A stretch of DNA of 64,000 nt from an uncultured Acidobacteriota bacterium (GCA_963822445.1 CAWGHO010000002.1:352001-416000); one strand, 5' to 3'; counted from the first letter of the stretch, positions 1 through 10,769 are shown. The notes: generated from the letters alone by a model not told the origin. A program made the numbers and translations.

Positions 1-723
1 GATGATCTCCGGCGCCGCGAGCCCCGGCGTGATGGCGACGAGGTCGTACCTGCGCACCGCGTGCGCGACCACGAACACGAATCCGAGAATCGGCAGATAG
101 CCGAATGGATAGGCCTCGATGCCGTACTTCGGCAGATAGTCGACGCAGCCGAGGTAGGCGATGCCGAAGGCGACGATCAGCAGACGGATGCGCTTGCGCT
201 CGTCCCCCTGTGCCTTCGGAAAGGCGCGGACGAATTCAGCGAGGGAGAGAATCAGAAATCCGAAGAAGAACGTCAGGAAGGCGATGCCCGTGGAGACGCG
301 GTAGCGCGGGTAGAAGCCCCACCAGTACTCCTGCACGTTCGGGATGAGGCGGTCGGTGGCGACGGCGAGCGCGCTGAAGACGCCGGCGAGGATCCAGGCG
401 CCGACGAGGACGAAGCGGCGGCGGCGCTCGATGCGCAGGAACTCGATGGTGAACCAGTAGATCGCCGGCGCGATGAACGGAACGCCGAGGTATGCGAGAC
501 GCGAGCAGAACAGGGCGATGCCGGGATCGCGCGTCGAATAGAGCGCAGTGAACGCGGCCATCCAGATGGCCACGACCAGGGTCATGGTGAAAAACGCCGC
601 GCTGATGCTGGAAAACCGGCGCGCGAGGAGACGGCCGCCGAACGCGAGGATCAGCACTCCCGTGGCTGCAACAGGCAATGCATACGGCGACAAGGCGAAA
701 GCGCCTGACGCGAACGCAGACAT
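1..723 (-). CDS. Membrane sensor protein with N-terminal 7TM (HisKA_7TM-like) region; runs off the window start
   Basis: My translation from ATG 723: MSAFASGAFALSPYALPVAATGVLILAF...FCSRLAYLGVPFIAPAIYWF, successive hydrophobic helices. Output domain is outside the window. Confidence 0.65.
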   Translation of the reverse strand, partial: MSAFASGAFALSPYALPVAATGVLILAFGGRLLARRFSSISAAFFTMTLVVAIWMAAFTALYSTRDPGIALFCSRLAYLGVPFIAPAIYWFTIEFLRIERRRRFVLVGAWILAGVFSALAVATDRLIPNVQEYWWGFYPRYRVSTGIAFLTFFFGFLILSLAEFVRAFPKAQGDERKRIRLLIVAFGIAYLGCVDYLPKYGIEAYPFGYLPILGFVFVVAHAVRRYDLVAITPGLAAPEII

Positions 724-762
724 GAGTCTCCTAGCTGTACTTCGAGAGAGCGAACCCGCTCG

Positions 763-1644
763 TCATTGTAGGCGACGGAGGTCGGTTTCGGCAGCGATAT
801 AGGCAAACGCCGGCCACTGACTTCCTTCCGTCACGCGCAAAAAGATCGGCCGCGCTTTCTCGGGCTGGCCGCTATACAGCCACCAGTTGCCGATGCCGTA
901 GAGGATGGTCGCGCCATCGACGGTTTTCGGGTCCTGCATCGCCTCCAGCTCGTCGGGCGACACCTCGCCGCGGTACATCAGCAGGAGCTTGTGATACGCC
1001 GTGTTCTCGATGACATCCATCTCCACGTTGATGGGCGTCAGCACTTCTTCAGCTTCCTTCGCGCGTCCGAGGCGGCGGAGGGTCATGTACAGCCAGTGCG
1101 AGGTCGAGACGACGCCGTCCGGGTTCTTCGAGACTTTCAGCGCTTCCTGGTAGGCGTTGAGCGCGCGCTCGAAGTCGCCTTTGAGGTAATGGGCGAGGCC
1201 GAGGTGATACCAGATGTTCGATTGCAGCGTGCTCGTGGGGATGTTGCGCGCGTTGGGAAGTCCGTCCGGCTCGATCTCATCGGGACGGCCGCCGATGATC
1301 GACGCGGCCTGCTTCAGATCCTGGATGGCGTGGTCGAACTGGCGGAGGGTGATCCAGCGATGGCCGCGATGGCGATACATGCGCGCGTCGCGGGGATGGC
1401 GGTTGATGCCGTGGCTGAAGATGTCGATCGCTTCGGCGTAGCGTCCGAGGTAGGCCGTGCGGCGGCCCAGCCAGATGATCGCGTCGGCGTCGTTCGGGTT
1501 CGCCTCGTAGGCCGCGCGCGCTTCGGCAAGGTTCTGTTCGTGACGCGCGCGCGTCTCGGCAGACATCACCGGCGGCGGAGGCGTCGGCAGCGGCGCGGTA
1601 GTCGTGCAAGCTGCGAGGAGAAGGAGTACGGCGATCGAGCGCAT
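763..1644 (-). CDS. TPR-repeat lipoprotein
   Basis: MRSIAVLLLLAAC lipobox; TPR-like helices (WYHLGLAHYLKGDFERALNAY). Confidence 0.8.
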   Translation of the reverse strand: MRSIAVLLLLAACTTTAPLPTPPPPVMSAETRARHEQNLAEARAAYEANPNDADAIIWLGRRTAYLGRYAEAIDIFSHGINRHPRDARMYRHRGHRWITLRQFDHAIQDLKQAASIIGGRPDEIEPDGLPNARNIPTSTLQSNIWYHLGLAHYLKGDFERALNAYQEALKVSKNPDGVVSTSHWLYMTLRRLGRAKEAEEVLTPINVEMDVIENTAYHKLLLMYRGEVSPDELEAMQDPKTVDGATILYGIGNWWLYSGQPEKARPIFLRVTEGSQWPAFAYIAAETDLRRLQ

Positions 1645-1659
1645 GATGTAATCGTATCG

Positions 1660-2682
1660 GTGAAAGCGGAGATCGTCATCGCGGGTGCCGGCGTGATGGG
1701 TTGCAGCATCGCCTGGCACCTCGCCAAGCGCGGCCGGCGCAACATCGTGGTCGTCGATCGCGCGGCTGACTTCGGCGGCGGCAGCACGCCGAAAGCGACG
1801 GGCGGCTTTCGCGCGCAGTTCGACAGCGCGACCAACGTGCGGCTTTCGCTGCTCTCACGCGAGAAGCTGCAGCAGTTCGATTCCGGTTACCGGCCGTACG
1901 GCTACCTGTTCCTCGCCTGCAGCGAGGAGGAGTTGGAAACACTCGAAGCGTCGCAAAACGTGCAGCACGCGGCCGGACTGCACGAGGCGCGGATGATCAC
2001 CGCGCGCGAAGCTCGCCATCTCAATCCGGCCATCGGCGACGAGCGGGTGATCGGCGGGACGTTCTGCCCGACGGATGGCTTCATCCGGGCGATGAAGATT
2101 CTCAATTACTACGCGGAGGGCGCGCGGAAGCTCGGCGTGCGCTTCGAGTTCAACACGACGGTCGATGTGAACGAGATCGATGCGCCGATCGTGATCAACG
2201 CGCTCGGTGCCTGGTCCGGACCGCCGGTGACGCCGTTGCGCCGCAACGTGCTGGCCACCGTCCCCACCGACCTGCTGCCGGACACGATGCCGATGACCGT
2301 GTGGGCCGGCGACTGGTTCCATCTGCGCGTTCGCGACGGACGGGTGTTGTTGCTCTGGCCGGACGATCCGCCGATCGATGACGAGGCCTGGCGCGAGGAA
2401 GTGCTGCGGCTGACGCGCGAGCGCGTGCCGATGCTGAAGGATCTGCCGATCGAGGAGAGCTGGTCGGGGCTGTATGAGATGTCGCCGGATGGACATGCGT
2501 TGCTGGGCGAGGTGCGCGACGGGCTGTACATCGCCGCGGGATCATCGGGGCATGGGGTGATGCACGCGCCGGCGCTCGGGCAGTTACTGGCGGAGTTGAT
2601 CGTCGATGGGCGGACGTCGATTGATGTCAGCGCGATGGATCCGGGACGGTTCTGGACTGCGGCGGCAAAGCCGCCGCTCTGA
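1660..2682 (+). CDS. FAD-dependent oxidoreductase (DAO / sarcosine oxidase beta-like)
   Basis: VIAGAGVMGCS Rossmann motif, WSGLYEMSPDGHALLG, GHGVMHAPALG; GTG start inferred. Confidence 0.88.
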   Translation: MKAEIVIAGAGVMGCSIAWHLAKRGRRNIVVVDRAADFGGGSTPKATGGFRAQFDSATNVRLSLLSREKLQQFDSGYRPYGYLFLACSEEELETLEASQNVQHAAGLHEARMITAREARHLNPAIGDERVIGGTFCPTDGFIRAMKILNYYAEGARKLGVRFEFNTTVDVNEIDAPIVINALGAWSGPPVTPLRRNVLATVPTDLLPDTMPMTVWAGDWFHLRVRDGRVLLLWPDDPPIDDEAWREEVLRLTRERVPMLKDLPIEESWSGLYEMSPDGHALLGEVRDGLYIAAGSSGHGVMHAPALGQLLAELIVDGRTSIDVSAMDPGRFWTAAAKPPL

Positions 2683-2760
2683 CTCGCGGCAGCAGAGCTG
2701 CCGCGCGACGCGGCCGTGCCGCGTCGATTGAGAGCGGTAGCTTTGCTACCGCAGTCCAGA
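2651..2760. repeat. Inverted pair of 30-bp REP-like palindromic units enclosing two further hairpins
   Basis: TCTGGACTGCGGCGGCAAAGCCGCCGCTCT (2651-2680) versus reverse complement of 2731-2760, TCTGGACTGCGGTAGCAAAGCTACCGCTCT. Confidence 0.8.
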
Positions 2761-3504
2761 GAGGATCAACGAGCAGCAGGTCACGCCGCCCTCCGCCTTG
2801 GCCAGCTCGCTCTGATCCACCGCCCGCATGTCCAGGCCGTAAGCACGAAGTCGCGAAAGCGTCCGCGTCAACTCGCTCGGATAAATCACCACGTCGCCAA
2901 GCATCAACGCGTTCCCCCCGAACGGCTCCGCCGGATCGACGTCGATGAACTTCCATCCCTCAAACGCTGCCTCATCCACGCAATCGCGATTGATGAGCAG
3001 CGTGTCTTGCGACACGCGCGTCACGCCGGTCTTCAGATGCAAACAGCCCTCGACGCGAACCGGAATGACCTCGCGGCGCGTGTGAAAGCGCAGTTGCCCG
3101 ATCGCCGCTTCATTCGTCCGCGCGGACAGGCCGACGTAAATCCGCTCATCAAGGACGAGCACGTCGCCGCCGTCGATCGTGGCCGGCGCCTCGATGTGCA
3201 CGAGCGGGCGGTACTTCTCCAGCGCATCGGCCACCACGCGCGTCTCGCCGCGGCGCGACTCCGCGCCGGGACGCGTGATCACAGCCATGTCGTCCAGCAC
3301 GATGGCCGTGTCTTCGATGAACACGCAATCGGGATAGCGATCGTCGGCGGGCAGATTCACCAGCTCGCAGCCGAGCGATTCCAGCAGACGGCGGTACTGA
3401 TGGTGCTGATAGCCCGCCAGCACGTAGTCGATGCGCTGCGGCTCGACATGCGTCAGCTCGGCCTGCTGAATGGTGCGGCTCACGTCGCGGGTAATGGCGA
3501 TCAT
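2746..3504 (-). CDS. Dimethylarginine dimethylaminohydrolase (DDAH/amidinotransferase superfamily)
   Basis: PDCVFIEDTA, RPGAESRRGE, DGGDV, HLKT, GGVTCCS catalytic motifs. Confidence 0.9.
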   Translation of the reverse strand: MIAITRDVSRTIQQAELTHVEPQRIDYVLAGYQHHQYRRLLESLGCELVNLPADDRYPDCVFIEDTAIVLDDMAVITRPGAESRRGETRVVADALEKYRPLVHIEAPATIDGGDVLVLDERIYVGLSARTNEAAIGQLRFHTRREVIPVRVEGCLHLKTGVTRVSQDTLLINRDCVDEAAFEGWKFIDVDPAEPFGGNALMLGDVVIYPSELTRTLSRLRAYGLDMRAVDQSELAKAEGGVTCCSLILSGLR

Positions 3505-4115
3505 CGCGCGGCCTTCACGATCTCGCCGGCGATCAACTCGGTGTGCTCGACCAGGCCGTGATCGCCGTCGGGAATCTCGATGAACTTCGACGGCGGCTTC
3601 ATGTCCCAGCGATCCCACTGCGCGCGAACCATGTCGAAGGGGACGGTCTCATCGAGACGTCCCATGATCGCCGTGACCGGCACCGGCGGCGGCGCATCGT
3701 CGATGTGCAGCGTCGACATCTGCTCGAAGAACGCGCGGTGAATCCACGCGTCCGCGCCGAGGGCGTGATTGAAGACTTTTACCGGATCGGTGGCGGGGAG
3801 CTTCTCCTGCCAGCGGTGCGCGACGCCGAGGGCGGGGGCGATGAGGACAAGGGGAACGTGGATGCCGCTCTTCGCCACCGCCAGCGCGACCAGCGCACCA
3901 AGCGAGCTGCCGACCATCGCCTTCGGCGGCGTTCGATGCGCCTCCGAGACCGCGTGCGCGACGATCGCGTTCCAATCGAGGCTCGCGAACGACGGCGCGT
4001 TGAGATCGGGCGTGTTCAGTTCGATGCCGTGCGGCTCGACCAGCGGCCGCAGCGCGGTGATCTTCGCGCTCGCCGGCGAGGACGCGAAGCCGTGGAAGTA
4101 GAGGACGGATGTCAT
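3501..4115 (-). CDS. YqiA/YcfP-family alpha/beta-fold esterase
   Basis: LYFHGFASSP, GSSLG nucleophile elbow, DETVP, GDH. Confidence 0.85.
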   Translation of the reverse strand: MTSVLYFHGFASSPASAKITALRPLVEPHGIELNTPDLNAPSFASLDWNAIVAHAVSEAHRTPPKAMVGSSLGALVALAVAKSGIHVPLVLIAPALGVAHRWQEKLPATDPVKVFNHALGADAWIHRAFFEQMSTLHIDDAPPPVPVTAIMGRLDETVPFDMVRAQWDRWDMKPPSKFIEIPDGDHGLVEHTELIAGEIVKAAR

Positions 4116-4147
4116 GCGCGGCGGCATTATCATCGTGGGACTCACAA

Positions 4148-6694
4148 ATGCCCACGCCCACCCCCGATCAGGACGCCACCGCGCGCGTCGATTCCGACGT
4201 TCGCTACACGCCCTCTCCGCGCGGCCCGCAGGTGCAGTTCGCGCCGGGAACGATCATCGCCGAGCGTTACCGCATCTCCGGCATCCTCGGCACGGGCGGT
4301 ATGGGCGAGGTCTATCGCGCGGACGACACCAAGCTCGATCAGGCGGTGGCGCTCAAGTTCCTTCCGGCGCGCCTCGCCCGCGATCAGGTTCTTCTGGCGC
4401 GTCTCCACGACGAAGTCCGCCTCGGACGCCAGATCGCCCATCCGAACGTCTGCCGCATCTACGACATCGTCGACTGGGAAGGCGCGCACTTCGTGGCCAT
4501 GGAGTTCGTCGACGGCGAGGACCTGTCGCGTCTACTGCGGCGCATCGGCCGGCTCGCGCATGACAAGGCGGTGGACATCGCTCGCGGCATTGCGGCAGGA
4601 CTCATGGCCGCACACGCGAAGGGAATCCTGCATCGCGATCTCAAGCCGGCGAACATCATCATCGACTCGCACGGCGACTCGCGGATCATGGACTTCGGTC
4701 TCGCCCTCGCCGCGGGTGAAGACGACGGCACGATCTCGGGTACGCCCGCGTACATGGCGCCGGAGCAACTGGAAGGTGCGCCGGCGACCATTCAAAGCGA
4801 CCTGTACGCGCTCGGCCTGGTGATGTACGAGCTCTTTACCGGCAAGCGCGCCCACAACGCGCGCACGTTGCCGGAGCGGTTGCGCGATTCGTCGAGCCAG
4901 ATCAGGACGCCGTCGGAAATGATTCGCGATCTCGACCCCGCGGTCGAGCGCGTGATTCTGCGCTGCCTCTCGAACCATCCGTCGCAACGGCCTCGCTCCG
5001 CGCGCGAGGTCATCGAGTCGCTACCCGGCGGCGATCCGCTCGCCGCGGCGCTGGCCGCGGGGGAAACACCGTCGCCGAGAATCGTCGCCGCGGCGGGAAA
5101 GGAAGGAAGCCTTTCACGGTCCGTGGCCTGGTCGCTCCTCGGCGTCATCGCGATTCTCTTCGGCCTGCAGTCGTACGTCCGCGGCGAGCGCAGCCGCGGC
5201 CAGTACGGTCCTCCCCTGCTGTCGCCGGAGATCCTTCACGACCGCGCCACCGCAATTCTCAGGACACATGGCGTCCCGGCGCCGGGGGAACCGATTGCCG
5301 CGTTCTTCGAGCGCGGCGAGATCGACGCCTGGATGTACAAAGCCCACCACTGGACCCCGCTCAGACACGGGCCCGATCCGATCACCTACCGGCTCGAGTA
5401 CGGCGTCTCGCGGCTCGAATCCGAACGGATGGACCGAACGGCCATCGGGCCCGGCCGGACTTCGATCGAGATGGACGGTCACGGCCGGCTCGTGTTTCTG
5501 CAGACCATCCCGAAAGGGGACGTTCCATCGAAAAGCGCCGACTGGAACGCGCTGCTGCAGTCGGCGGGATTCGAGAGCAGCAAGCTTCGCGCGACGCCGG
5601 CGCGATTCATCGCGCCGGCACCTTACGACACGCTGCGGCACTGGGAGGGAACCTATCCCGGCGACGACACGCCGATTCGTGTGGAGGCGGCCTCGTTCCG
5701 CGGCCTGCCGACGTATCTGCGCGTCACCGGACCGTGGGACGACGTCGCCGATCCGATGAAGGACATGCCCTTCAGTTCGTCGGGAAGGGCCGGCCTGTTG
5801 CTGGCGTGGGTCGTCCCCATCATCACGCTGATCGGCGTCCTGCTGGCGTGGCGAAACCTTCATCTGCGCCGCGGCGACCGGCAGGGCGCGCTACGGATGG
5901 CAGCGGTCGTGTTTGTCTGCACGCTGATCGGCTTGCTGCTGGAACGGGCATCGATGCGCGGCTTTCGCGAGGCCACCGTGATTTTCACCGATTGCGTCGC
6001 ACAGGCGCTTTTCGGGGCGGCGGCGCTCTACCTCTTCTACATCGCCGTGGAGCCGTTCATCCGCCGGCGCTGGCCGACGTTGCTGATCGGCTGGGCGCGC
6101 CTGGCCGCCGGTCAGGTTCGCGATCCGATGGTCGGACGCGACGTGTTGATCGGCATCATCGGCGGGCTGCTCCACTCCCTCATGGCGTCGGGATCCGACA
6201 TCATTGTGCTGCGCCTCACCGGTGTCGACGATGGGCCTTTCCTGGGCAACAGCGGGGTGCTGGTCGGACTGGGGGCTTCGATCGCCCAGGTTCTGCTCGG
6301 GACCACTTACGCGATCACTCAGGGGTTGATGGTGACCATCCTGCTGGTCGTCTTCATGCTGGTTCTCCGGAAACGCGCGTTTGCCGGCGCGGCATTGTTT
6401 GGAGTGTGGCTGACCGCCTACATCGTCGCCAGCGGAGGCGGCTGGGCGATCTTCCCGGCCATCGCGTTTCTGGCTCTGATGCTCACCGTCATCTCCATCC
6501 GGTACGGGCTGCTCGCTTTTTGCGTGCTTCAGGCGACCTTCATCACGATCTTCTCGATTCCGAACGTGTCGGGGTCATGGGCAACGCCGCACGTGATCAT
6601 TCCCTTCACGGTCGTGGCTCTGCTCGCGCTCTGGGCTTTCCGCACATCCCTCGGCGGACAGAGTCTTCTCGGCGAAGGCGTCCTCGGCGACTAG
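4148..6694 (+). CDS. Hanks-type Ser/Thr protein kinase with extracytoplasmic and multi-TM C-terminal region
   Basis: GTGGMGEVY, VALK, HRDLKPAN, DFG, GTPAYMAPE; many hydrophobic helices after the kinase domain. Confidence 0.93.
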   Translation: MPTPTPDQDATARVDSDVRYTPSPRGPQVQFAPGTIIAERYRISGILGTGGMGEVYRADDTKLDQAVALKFLPARLARDQVLLARLHDEVRLGRQIAHPNVCRIYDIVDWEGAHFVAMEFVDGEDLSRLLRRIGRLAHDKAVDIARGIAAGLMAAHAKGILHRDLKPANIIIDSHGDSRIMDFGLALAAGEDDGTISGTPAYMAPEQLEGAPATIQSDLYALGLVMYELFTGKRAHNARTLPERLRDSSSQIRTPSEMIRDLDPAVERVILRCLSNHPSQRPRSAREVIESLPGGDPLAAALAAGETPSPRIVAAAGKEGSLSRSVAWSLLGVIAILFGLQSYVRGERSRGQYGPPLLSPEILHDRATAILRTHGVPAPGEPIAAFFERGEIDAWMYKAHHWTPLRHGPDPITYRLEYGVSRLESERMDRTAIGPGRTSIEMDGHGRLVFLQTIPKGDVPSKSADWNALLQSAGFESSKLRATPARFIAPAPYDTLRHWEGTYPGDDTPIRVEAASFRGLPTYLRVTGPWDDVADPMKDMPFSSSGRAGLLLAWVVPIITLIGVLLAWRNLHLRRGDRQGALRMAAVVFVCTLIGLLLERASMRGFREATVIFTDCVAQALFGAAALYLFYIAVEPFIRRRWPTLLIGWARLAAGQVRDPMVGRDVLIGIIGGLLHSLMASGSDIIVLRLTGVDDGPFLGNSGVLVGLGASIAQVLLGTTYAITQGLMVTILLVVFMLVLRKRAFAGAALFGVWLTAYIVASGGGWAIFPAIAFLALMLTVISIRYGLLAFCVLQATFITIFSIPNVSGSWATPHVIIPFTVVALLALWAFRTSLGGQSLLGEGVLGD

Positions 6695-7311
6695 CTCGCG
6701 CGATAGGCCTTCTCGGCGCCCGGCGGAACCTGCGAGATCTCCTCGAAAGTCACGCCTTCAATGTCGCCCGCCGCGTCGCGCACCGCTTTCGTGAGCAACA
6801 CTTCGTAGGGCCGCGCGGTGTTCTCGCCGAGGATGCAGGCGGAGTTGACCTCTTCGCCGAAGACGTCCGAGTCGCCGATGCGCAACACCCGGCCGAAGCC
6901 GAGGCCGACGCCGAGGAGCACGTGATCCACCGGCCTCTTCGACTCGTTGTACTCGCGTACGGTGCGCTGCATCTCCAGAGAGGCGAGGATGGCTTTGCGC
7001 GGATTGCGGAAGATCACGAAGAAGCTGTCCCCTTCGACCTTCAGCAGGATGCCGTCGTGACTCTCCACGACCGGCACGAGGATGCGCTCGGACTCGTAGA
7101 TGGTCTGCAGGAAATGGATGATGCCGAACTCGGCGACGCCGCGCGAGAAGCCGGAGAGATCGGTGGCCATGATGCACCACTCCTCACCAAACAGATCCCA
7201 GATGCGGCGATCGACGGCCTCAGTATCCGCGCCGTCCGTCAGACGCTCGGTGATGAGTTTCTGCAGGCGGTCTTCGGAGGCTCCATGAACGATGACCCGG
7301 CGATAGGACAT
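6691..7311 (-). CDS. Stand-alone class III adenylate/guanylate cyclase domain protein
   Basis: TDLSGFS, KVEGDS, DVFGEEVNSA motifs. Confidence 0.82.
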   Translation of the reverse strand: MSYRRVIVHGASEDRLQKLITERLTDGADTEAVDRRIWDLFGEEWCIMATDLSGFSRGVAEFGIIHFLQTIYESERILVPVVESHDGILLKVEGDSFFVIFRNPRKAILASLEMQRTVREYNESKRPVDHVLLGVGLGFGRVLRIGDSDVFGEEVNSACILGENTARPYEVLLTKAVRDAAGDIEGVTFEEISQVPPGAEKAYRAS

Positions 7312-7398
7312 GCGGGCGGCATTGTAGTTTTTCCCAACGTTCACCGCCGCGGCACATCGCCCACCTATCATCCTTCGCGTCAACAGAAGGAGAAAACC

Positions 7399-8532
7399 AT
7401 GCGTCGTCCAGTCATCGCGTCCCTGGCGGTCGTGCTGCTGCTTTGCGCGTCGGCCGCCACCGCTCAAATCACAACGCCGCCCAGCGGCGACAATCAGAAA
7501 TCCTCGGTCACGCAGTACATCGGTCTGGTCAAAGTCACCATCGACTACAACAGCCCCGACGTCCACGCTCCGAACGGTGAGGATCGCGCCGGCAAGATCT
7601 GGGGCACGCTCGTTCCGTGGGGCGCGCCTGACGATCCATTCGGAACGTGCACGGAATGCCCGTGGCGCGCGGGCGCGAACGAGAACACGGTGCTTTCGGT
7701 CTCGCACGACGTGAAGATCGAAGGACAGCCGCTTCCTGCCGGCCGCTATGGCCTCTTCATGATTCCGGGGCAGGACGAATGGACGATGGTCCTGTCGAAG
7801 AACGCCGACTCCTGGGGCAGCTACTACTACGACGCCGCCGAAGACGCGCTGCGCGTGAAGGTGAAGCCGGCCAAGAGCGAGTACCACGAGTTCCTGACGT
7901 ACGAGTTCGACGATCGCCGTCCGTCGAAAGCGACCGCGGCCCTGAAGTGGGAGAACCTGCAGGTCCCCTTCACCATCACCGTCGACAACATGACCGACCT
8001 GTACATGACCCAGATCCGCAACCAGCTGCGGAACAACACCGGCTTCCAGTGGGTGAACTGGGTGAACGCGGCGAACTTCGCTCTCAATGCGAAGCGGCCG
8101 AAAGAGGCGCTGGAGTTTGCGCAAGCCGCGGTGAGCCGTCAGTTCGTCGGTCAGGAGAACTTCCGCACGCTGAGCATCCTCGCCGACGCACAGGACGCCG
8201 CGGGCATGGCCGCGGAATCGAAGGCGACGCGCGAGAAGGCGCTCGCGCACAGCAGCGCCGGTCCGATCGATCTCCATCAGTACGCCCGCCAGCTGCTCGG
8301 CAAAGGACAGAAGGAAGAAGCCCTGCGCGTCTGGGAGCTGAACGCGAAGCGCCATCAGAATGCCTGGCCGGTGAACGTCGGCCTCGCGCGCGGCTACTCC
8401 GCCGTCGGCCGCTACAAAGATGCGCTGAAGCACGCGAAGCTCGCCCTCGCGCAGGCGCCGGATGACGTGAACCGGAAGGCGCTGGAAGAAGGAATCAAGA
8501 AGCTCGAGGCTGGGAAAGATATGAATTCCTGA
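7399..8532 (+). CDS. Secreted DUF2911-domain protein with C-terminal TPR
   Basis: AAGGAG RBS, signal peptide, IWGTLVPWG..PWRAGANENT motif. Confidence 0.82.
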   Translation: MRRPVIASLAVVLLLCASAATAQITTPPSGDNQKSSVTQYIGLVKVTIDYNSPDVHAPNGEDRAGKIWGTLVPWGAPDDPFGTCTECPWRAGANENTVLSVSHDVKIEGQPLPAGRYGLFMIPGQDEWTMVLSKNADSWGSYYYDAAEDALRVKVKPAKSEYHEFLTYEFDDRRPSKATAALKWENLQVPFTITVDNMTDLYMTQIRNQLRNNTGFQWVNWVNAANFALNAKRPKEALEFAQAAVSRQFVGQENFRTLSILADAQDAAGMAAESKATREKALAHSSAGPIDLHQYARQLLGKGQKEEALRVWELNAKRHQNAWPVNVGLARGYSAVGRYKDALKHAKLALAQAPDDVNRKALEEGIKKLEAGKDMNS

Positions 8533-9687
8533 GCCTCATCATCGCCATGATGCCGAGGAGTGGGCCGGGCGCGAGGAACGCGAAGGCCCACTCCCACCCT
8601 ACCCTCGCCACAAGCAGCGGCAGCATGCGGATCGAGATCGTCGTGATCAGGAAGCCGATGCAGGTCTGCAGCGTGAGCGCGGTTCCGAGGTAGCGGGGAT
8701 CTCCGTACTCGGTGACGCACGCGGAGAACTGCGCGGAGTCGGCGACGACCGTCGCGCCCCAGATCACGGCCGAGGATCAGCAGCGTCAGCGGCGCCTTCC
8801 CGTAAGAGGAAGCCGATGGTGAGGCAGCACAGCCCGCTCGCCGCCATGGCCGCCGAGGCCACGACCGCGCGGCCGATGCGATCGGCGAGCGGCCGGCGGC
8901 GACGCATCCGATCGCGCCCGCGCCGATCACGGCGAACGAGGCTGCTCTCCGCGAGCTTCGGCGAGTCGCCGCTGGCGGCGACGCTGGCGCGGATCATCAC
9001 CGGCGCCCAGGTCCACATCGCGTACAGCTCCCACATGTGGCCGAAGTAGCCGAAGTTCGCCAGGCGCACGCCGCGATTGCTGAAACACCTTCATGATCTG
9101 CGAGAGATCGAACGGCTGGTTCGGCAGCGCGTAAGGTCCGTCGCGAACGAAGCCAGAGCACGATGGCCGAGGAGATCGCCGCGAGCACGGAGGCATGCCC
9201 ACGCTTCATCCGCCAGCTCTCCGAGCCGAAGGCGTTGACAGGTACGGCGAGGCCTTGCCGAGAGTCAGCGCGCCGACGAGGACGCCGAGGGCGAAGCCGC
9301 GGCCGGTCTTGAACCAGGTGGCGATGATCTTCATCCCCGGCGGATAGACGCCCGCGAGAAAGACGCCGGTGAGAAAGCGGAGGATGATGGCCGCGGCTGA
9401 CGCTCGTCGATCATCATGACCAGGAGCAGATTGGCGAGCGCGCCGAGCAGCGCGCAGATGGCGAAGAGACGCCGCACGCTGATGACATCGGGAAGATTGA
9501 GCGTGGCGCTGAGGAGGGTTCCCGCGACGAACCCGAGTTGCACGGCCAGAGTCAGCCAGGCGGTCGTTGCGGGATCGAGCCGCCACTCGTTCGCGATCTC
9601 CGGCGCGACCGCGGAGACTCCGAACCACAGTCCCATGGCCAGGAGCTCGGCGATGGCGACGAGGGTCAGCGCGCGGTAGCGATGCAC
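8495..9687 (-). pseudogene. MFS transporter broken by several frameshifts (pseudogene or sequencing errors)
   Basis: Consecutive MFS segments fall in different frames: LWFGVSAVAP / GVYPPGMKII / GYFGHMWELYAMW / ADSAQFSA. Confidence 0.8.
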
Positions 9688-9812
9688 CGCGCGATGGTAA
9701 GCGGCCTACCCCGGGTTCGTGGACAGCTTCACGCGGAGGGGGACGCGCCGGAGGATTTGCATAGGTGCGGCATTATGCAACTTTTCCTCCGGCGCGCAAG
9801 TCCACTTTTGGA

Positions 9813-10769
9813 CTACACCTGACTTTGCGGACGAACCGGCAAACGCGGCTCGGGAACGGCGTTCTGCTTGATCGCGCCAAGCGCGAGCTGCAGCATGCCC
9901 GTGACGTCGGCGATGTTCGCCGGCACGACCATCGAGGTGCCGCTCTTCGCCAGGTTGCCGAACTCCTTCACGTACTGCTCGGCCAGACGAAGCTGCATCG
10001 CTTCGAAGCCGCCGGGCATCTTCATCGTCTCGGCAACGAGACGGATGCCTTCCGCGGTCGCGGTGGCGATGGCCGTGATGGCGCTGGCCTGACCTTCGGC
10101 CTCGTTGATCTGCTGCTGGCGCTTCGCTTCCGAGTTCTTGATCACCTGCTGCTTGTGACCCTCGGCGCTGTTGATCGCGGCATCGCGCTCACCTTCGGAC
10201 TGCAGGATGACGGCGCGCTTCTCGCGCTCCGCGCGCATCTGCTTTTCCATCGCCGCAAGCACGTCCTGCGGCGGGGTGATGTTCTTGATCTCGTAGCGGA
10301 GGACCTTCACGCCCCACGCTTCCGAGGCCTTGTCCACTTCCTGGACGACCTGGGAGTTGATGTTCGTCCGCTCTTCGAACGTGCGGTCGAGATCGATCTT
10401 GCCGATCTCGCTGCGGAGGTTCGTCTGCGCGAGCTGCGAGATCGCGTACGTGTAATCGGAGATGCCGTACGACGCGCGCTCGGCGTTGAGGATCTTGAAG
10501 TACAGAACGCCGTCGACGCCGACCTGCACGTTGTCTTTGGTGATGCAGATCTGCTCGGGCACGTCGAGGGCAATCTCTTTCAACGAGTGCTTGTAGCGAA
10601 CCGTATCCACGAAGGGCCAGAGGATGTGCAGCCCTGCGCCGAGCGTGTCGTTGAACTTTCCGAGCCGCTCGACCACCCAGGCCTGCTGCTGGGGGACGAC
10701 GCGAACGATTTTCGAGATCAGCACCATTGCGAAAATGGCAATGACGATTACTACGATTGTTTCGGCCAT
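9813..10769 (-). CDS. SPFH/stomatin (QmcA/paraslipin-like) protein
   Basis: VVERLGK, ITKDNVQV, AMEKQMRAEREKRA; GAGGA RBS. Confidence 0.93.
   Translation of the reverse strand: MAETIVVIVIAIFAMVLISKIVRVVPQQQAWVVERLGKFNDTLGAGLHILWPFVDTVRYKHSLKEIALDVPEQICITKDNVQVGVDGVLYFKILNAERASYGISDYTYAISQLAQTNLRSEIGKIDLDRTFEERTNINSQVVQEVDKASEAWGVKVLRYEIKNITPPQDVLAAMEKQMRAEREKRAVILQSEGERDAAINSAEGHKQQVIKNSEAKRQQQINEAEGQASAITAIATATAEGIRLVAETMKMPGGFEAMQLRLAEQYVKEFGNLAKSGTSMVVPANIADVTGMLQLALGAIKQNAVPEPRLPVRPQSQV

Noticed and set aside
1660-3504. DDAH plus sarcosine-oxidase-like gene as one methylamine pathway
   Set aside because: The genes are convergent and separately transcribed, and the oxidase substrate cannot be inferred.
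5734-7398. 932-aa ORF 5734..8532 and 580-aa ORF 6691..8433 as full-length genes
   Set aside because: The N-terminal extensions are shadow frames over real genes. True starts are 7399 (RBS, signal peptide) and 7311.
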